64,000 nt of DNA from Fibrobacteria bacterium (GTDB lineage: Bacteria > Fibrobacterota > Fibrobacteria > UBA11236 > JADFYW01), in the NCBI GenBank assembly GCA_050294405.1, contig JBNKOC010000016.1:128001-192000 (forward strand), in the 5' to 3' direction. Every line of letters begins with the position of its first letter. The first letter of the stretch is position 1. A model generated the notes under the pieces. The model searched no databases. It saw only the letters and a program-made list of their open reading frames with translations, and had not been told where the DNA came from. This document shows, piece after piece, positions 48,530-58,547 of the stretch. The position numbers and the translations under genes were made by a program.

Positions 48530-50887
48530 CTATGTATATTCGTTTAAAAACAAGGATTTTTTTGGGAAAGAGCGTTCGCCCTGAGGGTAGGGAAGCTCCC
48601 ATTCCGAAACTGGCTGTTTGTTAAGTTTACCTCCAAAAAATCGGGGCAATCTAAGTACTGTTTTCAAGGCGGGCATTAATTTGTTTTGTGTATAATCCCA
48701 TTTAAACAGCATTTCTTCATTATTCCAGGTTAAGTCATAGCTTAACATTCCAAAATTAGTGGCGGCATTTCTTATATTTATGGAACCTGGAATAGAAAAC
48801 CAGTTTTCAGGAACAGCGGCTGCGATAACTAATGTTTCACCTAGCTCTGTAACAAACATATCCCGTATGAGGTTGACATATTCTGCTGCAGCCCAACCGT
48901 GATCTCCATCTCCCATGCAGCCTCCACCTGTTATGGGATGGATAGCCTCGGGCCAGGTAAATGTTTCGGTGGCATGATCCAAAAGGGAGGAAACAATTTC
49001 CAAGGCCGCATTTTCATTTCCAACATGGATTTGAGCCTTTGCCAATTGAGCACTCAGATAGGGGTTTTTGCCAGTATGTATAATTTTTTGGAAAAATAAA
49101 TTGTTTTGTAAATTGTTTTTGGATAAAAATTCAAGAGTAGGCTTTACCCAGGGTTCCTCGGCTGTGAAAATACCAAGAGGTGTGATTCCGACTAAATTGC
49201 CTATGGAGGCGGAATCCAGCTTTCTATAAGGAGAGCAGGATAAGCCCTTTTCCTCGTTCCTCAAAAAACAATTGTCTATGGACTCTGAAATATCATTTAG
49301 ATATTGTTCGGTAAATTCAGCTATCCATTTATCGTGAGAAGAGTAATTGAGCTTTTTAATGGCGATGGAAAGTTTTTCAAGTCCGGCCAAACTCCAGAAA
49401 TTATCCCAATAATAGTGGTCATTTGGTCCAAAATGTTCCGCAGAAAATCCTGCGGGCAATAATCCGTAATGAGGTGAAGGTTGAGTCCGAGACTTTTTAC
49501 ACATGTTTTCAATCCATTTCGCTCCCTTTATTAATTTGGGCATATATTTTGATAATTTTTCTAAATCGGCTATACGCAAAAAATGGTTGACTACTGAAAA
49601 TAAAACCTGCCCATTGCTATCCCATTCACCATTTTGACTTTTAAAATATCCATCTCTGGATTGGAGCCCCATCCAATGGTTAAATTTTTTTTCCATTTTG
49701 TTGCTAAGTCCCGTATTTTCAAATGCCGTATTTATAAAAACGGAGTCACGTATCCAGTGGGTGTGGTATAGGAAAGTTCCAGGAGTGTAATATTCTCCAT
49801 CATCAAATACATGTAATCGATTGAGTATGGCGTTAAATGAGTTTTCTAACTTTTTATCTGGAATAGAAATTTGCATTTGGGTTTTGTTCGCAATTTCAAT
49901 TTGCTCTTTTAATGCCTGAATTAAATTTTTTGAGTTCTTACGGCGCTTTACATCAAACCTTGTTGGAGGTGGCGATTGCCTATGGAACAAAGTCCCAAAA
50001 GTTTCTATGGTTTTCTCTTCGTTTGGCTTTAAACTGATATCGTACTCAAATGAAGCTGATAAAATACCGGATTTCGAAAGTCGCTGAGTCTCTTTTGTAT
50101 CAGAGTATTTAGATGTTAAAGTATCTCCTGCCAACCTATTTGATATTTTTATTCTGTCGGGCTCTTCACCTAACAGTAGCCCCGGCATGCGATTTATACG
50201 CCATAATTTGTTTTTGTATTTAATCTTATTAATATGCCCTATGGTTAGGGGGTTATACGGTCTTAAAGACATACCAAATTTTAAGTTAATGGGTTTGTTT
50301 GACAGGTTTTTTATAAAATGTTGGTATACAATAATTTCTTCATCTTTATCCAAAGTTGCGGCGGTTTGCGAACTCCAATTTAATTGTGGAATAACCTTAT
50401 AATGAGTGTTCACAATTGGATATAAATGCTCTTCCAATTCCTGTGTGATATTCTTAGAAATTTTAGGTGGAAAGTATTGCTTTTCTTCAAAAGAGATGTA
50501 AGGAAAAACGGACCAGCCATAGGGTCTTAGGGTTAACATTCCCACAGGATCAATCATGGATTCATGTTTGCTTCCACCAATTCCCAATGAAGTCCAGTTT
50601 CTATGAGATAAATTTACGGTTAATAAATTTACGCCCGTGGGTATAAAACCAGGGTTAGATGGGTTTTGCTGGGATTCAATCCAAAAGGGCCATATCCAAT
50701 CCAAATTACTTTGAATGGCCATGGTATTGTTAAGGCCGGATAAAATCAAACCCAACCCCTGGTCTATTAACTCTTCGGGGAATAAAGTTTCGCTGGGGCG
50801 ACCGATGTTAACCAGCCCATCAAGAAAGGGAATTAAAAACTTCTTGCGGGCGAGGCTAAGGTATAATTTAAATAGCTTTTCTTTCAA
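48530..50887 (-). CDS. Putative six-hairpin glycosidase-like protein
   Basis: WIRDS, EWDSNGQ, YWDNFWSLAG, TWPEAIHP..GDGDHGWAAA suggest an (alpha/alpha)6 barrel; TTG start. Confidence 0.6.
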   Translation of the reverse strand: MKEKLFKLYLSLARKKFLIPFLDGLVNIGRPSETLFPEELIDQGLGLILSGLNNTMAIQSNLDWIWPFWIESQQNPSNPGFIPTGVNLLTVNLSHRNWTSLGIGGSKHESMIDPVGMLTLRPYGWSVFPYISFEEKQYFPPKISKNITQELEEHLYPIVNTHYKVIPQLNWSSQTAATLDKDEEIIVYQHFIKNLSNKPINLKFGMSLRPYNPLTIGHINKIKYKNKLWRINRMPGLLLGEEPDRIKISNRLAGDTLTSKYSDTKETQRLSKSGILSASFEYDISLKPNEEKTIETFGTLFHRQSPPPTRFDVKRRKNSKNLIQALKEQIEIANKTQMQISIPDKKLENSFNAILNRLHVFDDGEYYTPGTFLYHTHWIRDSVFINTAFENTGLSNKMEKKFNHWMGLQSRDGYFKSQNGEWDSNGQVLFSVVNHFLRIADLEKLSKYMPKLIKGAKWIENMCKKSRTQPSPHYGLLPAGFSAEHFGPNDHYYWDNFWSLAGLEKLSIAIKKLNYSSHDKWIAEFTEQYLNDISESIDNCFLRNEEKGLSCSPYRKLDSASIGNLVGITPLGIFTAEEPWVKPTLEFLSKNNLQNNLFFQKIIHTGKNPYLSAQLAKAQIHVGNENAALEIVSSLLDHATETFTWPEAIHPITGGGCMGDGDHGWAAAEYVNLIRDMFVTELGETLVIAAAVPENWFSIPGSINIRNAATNFGMLSYDLTWNNEEMLFKWDYTQNKLMPALKTVLRLPRFFGGKLNKQPVSEWELPYPQGERSFPKKSLFLNEYT

Positions 50888-50966
50888 AATAATTTTTCTA
50901 TAATAAGTTTATCTAAATAAAGGGATGTTTGCTGTTCGAAACAATGATATCCGGGAAATCCACGGC

Positions 50967-51019
50967 TTTGAAATGAAATTGAAAAACCAACGAATTGTAA
51001 TCTTAACACTTTCCTAACA
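50967..51019 (+). promoter_or_regulatory. 11-bp-period direct repeats (Pho-box-like)
   Basis: TTTGAAATG (50967)/ATTGAAAAA (50978) and TTAACA (51003)/CTAACA (51014) in the divergent intergenic region. Confidence 0.45.
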
Positions 51020-51020
51020 A

Positions 51021-51557
51021 ATGGCTGTTCAACTAATACTTTTGCGCCATGCTCATTCCCAGCAGGATTATAAACCACATTTGGATTTTTATCGCAATCT
51101 CACTAAAAAAGGTTATTGCGATATATGTAGTATTGCCGAAAATCAGGCCATTAACTTAGCTGATTTGGAATGTATTTATTGCAGCCATTCCGTCCGTACT
51201 GTAGAAACAAGTTTTGCTTTATTGCAAAATATCAATCCCAAAAACTGGCCCAAAACCATTATTAAAGAAATGATCTACACAGATAATTCACTGGAAACAT
51301 ATTTTAAAATTATTAGTGAAGTGCCCTCAAAATTTAGCCGCGTTCTTATTGTGGGCCATAATCCCGGATTGTCGAACTTTATTTCTTATTTATGGCCAGA
51401 ATTTCCCGGCCGTTTTCCAACCTCCGGCCTTGTATATATTGCCGCCTCCAGCTGGAAATCTCTCCTCAAGTCAGATGGAATTATTGAAAAATTTGTTTTT
51501 AACGACCGAAAAAAAGAACTGGAAAAGAATTACATGCGTTTTTTGAAACAGGTTTGA
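51021..51557 (+). CDS. sixA: SixA-like histidine phosphatase
   Basis: LILLRHA, R.LT.KG, CSHSVRT.ET, LIVGHNPGL, FPTSG. Confidence 0.85.
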   Translation: MAVQLILLRHAHSQQDYKPHLDFYRNLTKKGYCDICSIAENQAINLADLECIYCSHSVRTVETSFALLQNINPKNWPKTIIKEMIYTDNSLETYFKIISEVPSKFSRVLIVGHNPGLSNFISYLWPEFPGRFPTSGLVYIAASSWKSLLKSDGIIEKFVFNDRKKELEKNYMRFLKQV

Positions 51558-51561
51558 AACA
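51542..51561 (+). promoter_or_regulatory. Perfect 9-bp direct repeat with 11-bp period (Pho-box-like)
   Basis: TTTGAAACA-GG-TTTGAAACA about 37 bp upstream of the ppk1 ATG. Confidence 0.55.
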
Positions 51562-51597
51562 TAAATATTTCGTGGGTTGTTAGATTTATTTGATTAT

Positions 51598-53679
51598 ATG
51601 AAAAGTCAAATAAGTTATATCAACAAAGAAATCAGCTGGCTTTCCTTTAACGGTAGGGTATTGCAGGAAGCTGAAAATCCATCCGTTCCATTAATGGAGA
51701 GGTTAAAGTTCCTCAGTATTTTTTCCTCCAATATGGACGAATTTTATAAAGTTCGGGTAGCCACGCTGAACCGTTTAGCTAAATTAGGAAAGTCCGCAGT
51801 TAAACTCATAGGGGAAGACCCTGAATTAATTCTTAAAAAAATTAGAGAAATTGCCGCTGAGCAGCAAAAGAAATTTGATAAAGCTTTCCATTCTCTCATA
51901 AAGGAGTTGGGCAATGCTGGAATCAACTTGATTAATGAAACACAGTTAAATCCAGATCAAGAAGTTTATACTAAAAATCTGTTTCACCGAACGATTCGCC
52001 CTAAGTTATTCCCAATCATAGTCTCCGATTTAAAAGATTTTCCTGATTTAAGAGATGGCTATTTGTATTTGGGAGTGTGTTTACATTTTGAGGATAACTC
52101 AAAAGTCTCTTATTGTCTTTTGGAAATTCCCACTGATGTTTTACCCAGGTTTGTAATTCTTCCCAAGGTAGGGCGCACTCACCAGGTGATTCTGCTAGAG
52201 GATGTTATTAGAAGGCGATTGGCCGATATTTTTAGTGTTTTCCATTTATCAAAAATTGAATCTTATGTTGTAAAAATTACCAGAGATGCGGAATTGGATA
52301 TTAGCGCCGATTTATCTCAAAGTATTGTCAATAAAATATCTAAAAGTTTAAAACAAAGAAAAGAAGGAAATGCAGTAAGATTTTTATACGAAAAGGGAAT
52401 ACCAGATGATTTTTTGCAATTCATATGCAAGAAATTAAAAATTAAAAATTCCGATGCCTTAATAGAAGGCGGGAGAAATCATAACATCAAAGATTTCATG
52501 AGTTTTCCCATTTTAGGAAGAAATAGTTTCCATTATAAAAATGAAAAACCCATTCCTTATCCAGATTTTGACAATAGTCCCAGTTTAATCGAAATTATTG
52601 AAAAGAAAGATGTATTACTCCATTATCCTTACCACTCCTTTGATTATGTAATTGATTTATTGAGAGAAGCATCTATTCATCCAGATGTTGTCTCCATAAA
52701 AATTACTTTATACAGAGTGGCAAAAAATTCCAGCGTGGTTAATGCGTTAATTAATGCCATACGAAATGGAAAAAGAGTACTGGTTTGCATGGAACTTCAA
52801 GCCCGTTTTGATGAAGAAGCCAATATATATTGGGCGAATAAATTAAAGGAAGAAGGGGCCGAACTTGTTTTTGGTTTTCCCGGACTAAAAATACATGGAA
52901 AAACCTGTCTTATAACCATGCAAAACCGAAATGCAAAAAAGAAAGTTGGAATCATCGGCACGGGAAATTTTAATGAAGTAACCAGCAAATTATATGGAGA
53001 TCATCATTTGTTTACATGCAAGCCGCAAATTACAAATGACATATCTACTTTTTTTAGCATTATCAATCCCAAATTTATTATTCCAAATTTTAGGCATCTG
53101 GTGGTTTCCCCCTACAATACCCGAAACAAAATTCAAAAATTAATTCGACGGGAGATAAAAAATGCGAAGAAAGGGGGGGAAGCTTATATAAAAATAAAGC
53201 TGAACAACCTTACAGATTACAACACCATTAAAATGTTATATCAGGCAAGTAAAGCCGGAGTTAAAATACAACTAGCGGTGCGAGGTATGTTTTCCCTGGT
53301 GCCGCAGGTTAAGGGCTTAAGTGAGAACATTGAGGCTATTGGAATTATTGACAGGTATTTGGAACACTCCAGAATTTTCGTATTTGCAAATGGGGGGAAA
53401 CCCGAAGTTTTTATTACATCATCTGATTTGATGCCCAGGAATCTTGATCATAGGCTAGAAATAACAACTCCCATTTTTGATGAAAAATTGAAGCTGGAAC
53501 TGATGGAATATTTTAATTTACAATTTAGGGACAATCAAAAAGCCAGGCTTTTGAACGATCTCAATAAAAATGAAATTAAAATTCCTGAAAAAGGGGAAAA
53601 AAAGATTCGGTTTCAATGGGAAATAAGAAAAATATTAAATCAAGCCTCCAAAGAAAAATTCAAAATCAACCACAATTAA
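51598..53679 (+). CDS. ppk1: Polyphosphate kinase 1
   Basis: NKEISWLSFNGRVL, SSNMDEFYKVRV, LLHYPYHSF, ELQARFDEEAN, KIHGK, GTGNFN, RYLEHSR. Confidence 0.96.
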   Translation: MKSQISYINKEISWLSFNGRVLQEAENPSVPLMERLKFLSIFSSNMDEFYKVRVATLNRLAKLGKSAVKLIGEDPELILKKIREIAAEQQKKFDKAFHSLIKELGNAGINLINETQLNPDQEVYTKNLFHRTIRPKLFPIIVSDLKDFPDLRDGYLYLGVCLHFEDNSKVSYCLLEIPTDVLPRFVILPKVGRTHQVILLEDVIRRRLADIFSVFHLSKIESYVVKITRDAELDISADLSQSIVNKISKSLKQRKEGNAVRFLYEKGIPDDFLQFICKKLKIKNSDALIEGGRNHNIKDFMSFPILGRNSFHYKNEKPIPYPDFDNSPSLIEIIEKKDVLLHYPYHSFDYVIDLLREASIHPDVVSIKITLYRVAKNSSVVNALINAIRNGKRVLVCMELQARFDEEANIYWANKLKEEGAELVFGFPGLKIHGKTCLITMQNRNAKKKVGIIGTGNFNEVTSKLYGDHHLFTCKPQITNDISTFFSIINPKFIIPNFRHLVVSPYNTRNKIQKLIRREIKNAKKGGEAYIKIKLNNLTDYNTIKMLYQASKAGVKIQLAVRGMFSLVPQVKGLSENIEAIGIIDRYLEHSRIFVFANGGKPEVFITSSDLMPRNLDHRLEITTPIFDEKLKLELMEYFNLQFRDNQKARLLNDLNKNEIKIPEKGEKKIRFQWEIRKILNQASKEKFKINHN

Positions 53680-54566
53680 GGTTCGCAGCCATTGATGTGG
53701 GTTCTAACGCAGTTCGTTTACTTTTATCTCGTGTTATTTATACCAAAAAACAGTGGGTATATAACAAAGATTGTTTGGTGCGAATTCCACTTCGATTGGG
53801 AGAAGATGTTTTTACCAATGGTAAAATTAGTGCAAAAAAAATCACGCAGCTGTGCGAGGTTATGGAGGGGTTCAAGCATATTATTAAATTTTATAAGCCC
53901 TTAGATTTGATGGCATGCGCTACTTCAGCCATGCGGGATGCCAGTAATCAAAAAGCTGTCCTGGCTAAAATTAGGGATAAATCCGGTATTCCTCTCAAAA
54001 TTATTTCAGGAAAAAAAGAAGCAGAAATTATTTACTCCAATCATATTGAGAAACTCTTAAAGAAAAATAAACATTATCTATATATTGATGTTGGGGGAGG
54101 CAGCACAGAATTAACGCTTTTTAGTGGAACAAAACCCAAACATTCCAATTCCTTTAATTTAGGTACGGTTAGAATATTAAAAAATAAAGATAAGGAGTCG
54201 GAGTGGGAGCGTTTAATTGAATGGGTGGAAAGCTTGGTTGGGCCCCAAAAATCTGTGGTTGGAATCGCCAGTGGCGGAAATATTAATAAGTTGGTGAATC
54301 TGGCGAAAAGCAAGGCCAATAAAAATATTAGCTATTCCATGCTCAAAAAGCTTTATGGGGAATTAAGCGCCCTTTCTACTGTGGATAGGATGGTAAAATA
54401 TAAGTTGAGAGAAGATAGGGCGGATGTTATTGTGCCAGCGGCTAAAATATTTTTAACCATAATGGAGTATGGCCATATATCAGAGCTAATCGTGCCTGTT
54501 GTGGGGCTGTCCGATGGATTGGTGCATCTAATGCACGAAAAGATTTCACCTGAATTAAAGAATTAG
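53616..54566 (+). CDS. ppx: Exopolyphosphatase (Ppx/GppA family); start uncertain
   Basis: AAIDVGSNAVRL, ATSAMRDA.N, ISG.KEA, DVGGGSTE, DRADVI. Confidence 0.92.
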   Translation: MGNKKNIKSSLQRKIQNQPQLRFAAIDVGSNAVRLLLSRVIYTKKQWVYNKDCLVRIPLRLGEDVFTNGKISAKKITQLCEVMEGFKHIIKFYKPLDLMACATSAMRDASNQKAVLAKIRDKSGIPLKIISGKKEAEIIYSNHIEKLLKKNKHYLYIDVGGGSTELTLFSGTKPKHSNSFNLGTVRILKNKDKESEWERLIEWVESLVGPQKSVVGIASGGNINKLVNLAKSKANKNISYSMLKKLYGELSALSTVDRMVKYKLREDRADVIVPAAKIFLTIMEYGHISELIVPVVGLSDGLVHLMHEKISPELKN

Positions 54567-54573
54567 TTTTGAA

Positions 54574-57099
54574 TTAATTTTTTAAGCAGCGAACGCTGTA
54601 CCCATCGGACTTTCTTGAAGAACTCTGTACAAATTGAGGCCCAGAACTGTTTAAAGTGTATAAGAAGGCCCTAACCCCATTCTGCGCTTCACTGGTCCAA
54701 AAACCAGTTTCCACGTTTAAGCCGGAAAATTCGTTGGTATTAGTATTAAATCCGGCTGGAAGTGCATTAAAGGAAAAAACATTGCTTCCATTTTGATTGT
54801 TATTCCATCCGGAAATAGATTTAAGGGCATCTCCCTCTCTTCCGGCGTAACCTTGAGAAGAAATGTAGTTTGTCAAATCGTCCCACTCAGAGCGAGAAGG
54901 CAAATGCCAGCCCTCGGGGCAAATATCATTCCCATTCGCATTTTGGCTGGAGATACTTATATCCCAGGTATATAATCTTCCATATACATCGCAATTATTG
55001 GAATTATTTGAATAGCACCAGGATTGTTGACTTGGGTCTTCATAATTTAAATTTTCAGCCATCCATTCCTGTGTACCTATTGCAATGGTATTATAGGATT
55101 GCCCGTCTCTTGCATCCATAATTTGGTTATAGCTAATAATGGTTACAATTGCAATGTTACTTGTATCCGAGCTGATACCATCTGAAACAATACAAAAATA
55201 TTCGTTATTGTTATCCGTTTCGTCTACAGGCCCAATTTGCAGCTGATTGGAATTGCCACCTGAAACGGGGCTGTTGTTTAAATACCACTGGTAATTTAAT
55301 CCCGAACCGGAAGCAACTACGGTAAAGATATGGTTTGCTCCGGATATTAGGTTTACACTTTGGGGCTCTTGATTTATTTGTACCTGGGTTGTTATGTTTA
55401 GCAGAGCGGCAAGGCTTGTATCTGCTCCATAATTATTGGATATTATGCAACGATAAATGTCCCCATCATTTGTTATATCTACAGGCCCAATTTGAAGTTG
55501 GTTGGAATTCGCAGATGCTATATTTAAACCATTTAGTTGCCATTGATAAGATAGATTACTCCCTTCGGCGCTGATTTCCAGGGTTTGACTGGTTCCTGGC
55601 ATTAAAGAAAGGGAACCGGGTGAGATTAAAACTTTAGGAGCCACGAACACTTCCAATAGAGCGGAAGAACTGGTGTCGTTACCTGATCCATTGCTAACAA
55701 TACATCGGAAAACAGATCCCGAGTCATTGGAAGAAATATTTTCCAAGTTTAATACATCGGATGTTTCTCCATTTAAATCAACTCCGTTTTTCTGCCAAAG
55801 AAAACTTAAATTATCTCCTTCAACCTGGACCTCAAAACTAGCGCTTTCCCCTTTAAGGGCCTCCACATTTTCGGGTTCAGAAATGATGTTCGGAGGCAGG
55901 ATGCCAACTTCAATGCTGGCCGCTTTTGAGGTATCGCTTCCAAAATCATTGGATACTATGCAAAACAGCTCTGAACCGGAATCTTTTGTCCCCAAATTGT
56001 ATAAAACTAATTGGTCGCTCGTCGCACTATCAATAATGACATCATTTAGTACCCACACATATTGAAGATCTTCGCCCAAGGCAATAACCTTAAAAGTTAC
56101 GCTATCTCCTTCAATTCCAGAGAAGTTTGCCGGATTATTAGTAATGAGGGGCGCATCCCCCAACGTTTCTACCATAAATTCCAGGCTTATAGTATCCTTG
56201 GCGTCATTGTTATCGTAAATTTCAATTACAATGCTGATGCTCCCTATATCGCTATCCTGCGGGGTCCAACTAAAAACTCCTTTGTCCAGAGATGCGCTTT
56301 GAGGGGCCTGCAATACAGACCAGTTCACGCTATCCCCATCTACATCTTCATAAAATAAACTGGCCTTAAATTCTATGTTACTTACAAGGGTTGTTGGAAA
56401 ATCATCTGGTTTTGAAATGAAAATAGGGGTGTGATTTGTATCCAGTATTTGAAAGTTCCAAATCAGGGTATCCCAATTTTTTTTCTGGGAATCAGTTAGA
56501 AAAATCACATAACTTTGCTCTCCTAACAGCTCTTCTGTGGGCTGAAAGAATATGGAATCTTTTTTGATGATTAGGTCATTTACATCTGTTTGCAGGCCAA
56601 TGCCATCGAGTTCATAATCATTAAACTCTATCCAAAATTTAAATATTTCACCCAAGCTAAGTGTATCAGGAAAGTCTTCTGCTTTGGTAATAAATTCCGG
56701 AAACTTATCCTGGTTGTTGATTTTTTGTACAAGAGAAGAATCTAATTTAATGACACTAACGCTTTCTAATTCTTTTTTGGCATCATTTAGTTCAAACTCT
56801 TCTGATTCCTCATATATCTTTATGCCTTTTGAAAAAGCCGTGTAACTCAATTTTATTTCGTCGCTCTGCTTGGCATTGAAAACAATGCTAACCACATTTT
56901 TGCTAATATCTTCTTTGTGGTACATTTTTTGAAGGATGGTATCTCCATTGGCCCTCACGGTGACCTCAACGCTATCTATGCTAACATCTTCATTTTCGCT
57001 TTGAATTTTTAAATCGTAAATATATTGAACATCATCCTCGTTATTCATCAGGCAGGAGGTTAAAATTAGGGTTATTAGGAGGTATATGTAGGGTTTCAT
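54574..57099 (-). CDS. Lipoprotein with tandem Ig-like domains and a C-terminal FISUMP (Fib_succ_major) domain
   Basis: Lipobox LTSC; four Ig repeats (YQWxxNG..Y.CIVSN); DARDGQSY.TI.IG.Q.WMAENLNY, YGRLY.W, CPEGWHLPS, SVRCLK. Confidence 0.88.
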   Translation of the reverse strand: MKPYIYLLITLILTSCLMNNEDDVQYIYDLKIQSENEDVSIDSVEVTVRANGDTILQKMYHKEDISKNVVSIVFNAKQSDEIKLSYTAFSKGIKIYEESEEFELNDAKKELESVSVIKLDSSLVQKINNQDKFPEFITKAEDFPDTLSLGEIFKFWIEFNDYELDGIGLQTDVNDLIIKKDSIFFQPTEELLGEQSYVIFLTDSQKKNWDTLIWNFQILDTNHTPIFISKPDDFPTTLVSNIEFKASLFYEDVDGDSVNWSVLQAPQSASLDKGVFSWTPQDSDIGSISIVIEIYDNNDAKDTISLEFMVETLGDAPLITNNPANFSGIEGDSVTFKVIALGEDLQYVWVLNDVIIDSATSDQLVLYNLGTKDSGSELFCIVSNDFGSDTSKAASIEVGILPPNIISEPENVEALKGESASFEVQVEGDNLSFLWQKNGVDLNGETSDVLNLENISSNDSGSVFRCIVSNGSGNDTSSSALLEVFVAPKVLISPGSLSLMPGTSQTLEISAEGSNLSYQWQLNGLNIASANSNQLQIGPVDITNDGDIYRCIISNNYGADTSLAALLNITTQVQINQEPQSVNLISGANHIFTVVASGSGLNYQWYLNNSPVSGGNSNQLQIGPVDETDNNNEYFCIVSDGISSDTSNIAIVTIISYNQIMDARDGQSYNTIAIGTQEWMAENLNYEDPSQQSWCYSNNSNNCDVYGRLYTWDISISSQNANGNDICPEGWHLPSRSEWDDLTNYISSQGYAGREGDALKSISGWNNNQNGSNVFSFNALPAGFNTNTNEFSGLNVETGFWTSEAQNGVRAFLYTLNSSGPQFVQSSSRKSDGYSVRCLKN

Positions 57100-57102
57100 T
57101 TT

Positions 57103-57858
57103 TTATTCCAAGACAACTTCGCGGCTCATATTTATTTTGGGCGTGGAGCTTTCTTTTGGAATAAAATACCAGGCCGCGACGGCGATACCTGCCAGGGCAG
57201 AGGAACCACCTGTGACCCAAATCCATGCTGAAGAGCCCGATTTTTCAGCAGTTTCTTTGGGAGCGCCTTTAGGATTTTGCATTTTTCGTCTGACTATAAA
57301 GCTGGAAGGTTTCTGTTTATTTTCTTCCCCTATTTTTTTGCGGCCAACAACATGAGCTACCAATTGCTCAAGTTCTTGTTTTAAGTTTGGAGTGTCATGA
57401 ACATTTACCAACTTGCTTTTGTAACGAATAACAGAACCACTTGGTGATTCAAGCCAGCGCAGTTCCACATTCCAATTTTTTCCATTAGGTGTAACTTGGC
57501 TATAAAGAACCCGCTGAGATTGAACCTGGCGTCCCACTTCCAAAATGCAGGATAAATCCAGACAAATAGAAGTTTCATCGCCGTAATACATGGAGGTCCG
57601 GTTGATAGTTGCACTATCCGCAGCAAGTTCCACTTTGCCGTATTTTGGCAAAATACCAATTAACTTATCCCTCAAAGAAAAGGGAAGGATTTTATTGTCA
57701 TTGGTATTGATGGTGGGAGCCACCCAAACTTTGAGTGGAGCAGAGGCTTTATTTCCCGAAAGGAAGGCCGGTTTTTTGGCAGCTTGTAAAATGTTAATGT
57801 TAGCAACAAGAATAAAGGCTCCGAATAGGAATAATGGATTATATGGCTTTTGGCGCAT
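57103..57858 (-). CDS. Hypothetical secreted/membrane protein
   Basis: Signal peptide, CLDLSCILEVGR motif, C-terminal hydrophobic segment; co-oriented with the FISUMP gene. Confidence 0.6.
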   Translation of the reverse strand: MRQKPYNPLFLFGAFILVANINILQAAKKPAFLSGNKASAPLKVWVAPTINTNDNKILPFSLRDKLIGILPKYGKVELAADSATINRTSMYYGDETSICLDLSCILEVGRQVQSQRVLYSQVTPNGKNWNVELRWLESPSGSVIRYKSKLVNVHDTPNLKQELEQLVAHVVGRKKIGEENKQKPSSFIVRRKMQNPKGAPKETAEKSGSSAWIWVTGGSSALAGIAVAAWYFIPKESSTPKINMSREVVLE

Positions 57859-58041
57859 AATGGCTTTTTTGGCTAAAATGAAATTCTAAATTCGCGCTGA
57901 TTTAATTCTACTATTATTATTTTTAGCCTTGCAATTTCCTTTTTCTTTTTTCTTTTCCCGGAAAAGCGTTTAATTTCTTACTTTTTCAAGAAATTGTTTT
58001 GCCTTTCGCCAAAGGTATTTTTAGCTCCGGAGGAGAAGAAA

Positions 58042-58524
58042 ATGGTCATTGAAAAAAATAGCGTCGTATCCATCCATTATACTTTAAAAGACGATAATGG
58101 GGAAATTATCGAATCCACTACTGGGGCAGAACCTTTCACCTATTTACATGCGGATATGGGACTTATTCAGGGATTAAAGGAATCGTTAAATGGAAGGTCT
58201 GTAGGAGATAAATTTTCTGTAACTGTGCCTCCTGAAATGGGTTATGGTCAGTATAATGATCAAAATATCCACAAGGTACCACCCGAAACTTTTAAGGAAG
58301 TGGAAAATCTGGAAGTGGGTATGTCCTTTACCATGACTGACCAAAATGGCGGGCATCATAGGATGCAAGTAAAGGAGCTGGGGTCCGATTCTGTTACTTT
58401 AGACGGCAATCATCCCCTGGCTGGTAAAACTCTAAATTTCGATGTTTCTGTGGAAGATATTCGCGAAGCCACCGAAGAGGAAATAAGCCATGGCCATGTT
58501 CATCATCCCGGCCATGAGCATTAG
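58042..58524 (+). CDS. slyD: FKBP-type peptidyl-prolyl isomerase SlyD
   Basis: VVSIHYTL, V.PE.GYG, LDGNHPLAGKTLNF, His-rich tail HGHVHHPGHEH; SD GGAGGAG. Confidence 0.93.
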   Translation: MVIEKNSVVSIHYTLKDDNGEIIESTTGAEPFTYLHADMGLIQGLKESLNGRSVGDKFSVTVPPEMGYGQYNDQNIHKVPPETFKEVENLEVGMSFTMTDQNGGHHRMQVKELGSDSVTLDGNHPLAGKTLNFDVSVEDIREATEEEISHGHVHHPGHEH

Positions 58525-58547
58525 AGAATAGTAAAAATCACCTTTAA

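Noticed and set aside
54574..55130. FISUMP domain as a diversity-generating retroelement target
   Set aside because: No reverse transcriptase and no template repeat of this 3' end seen in the window
55200..56100. Nucleotide repeats (TACAGGCCCAATTTG) within the FISUMP gene
   Set aside because: Explained by tandem Ig-domain duplication
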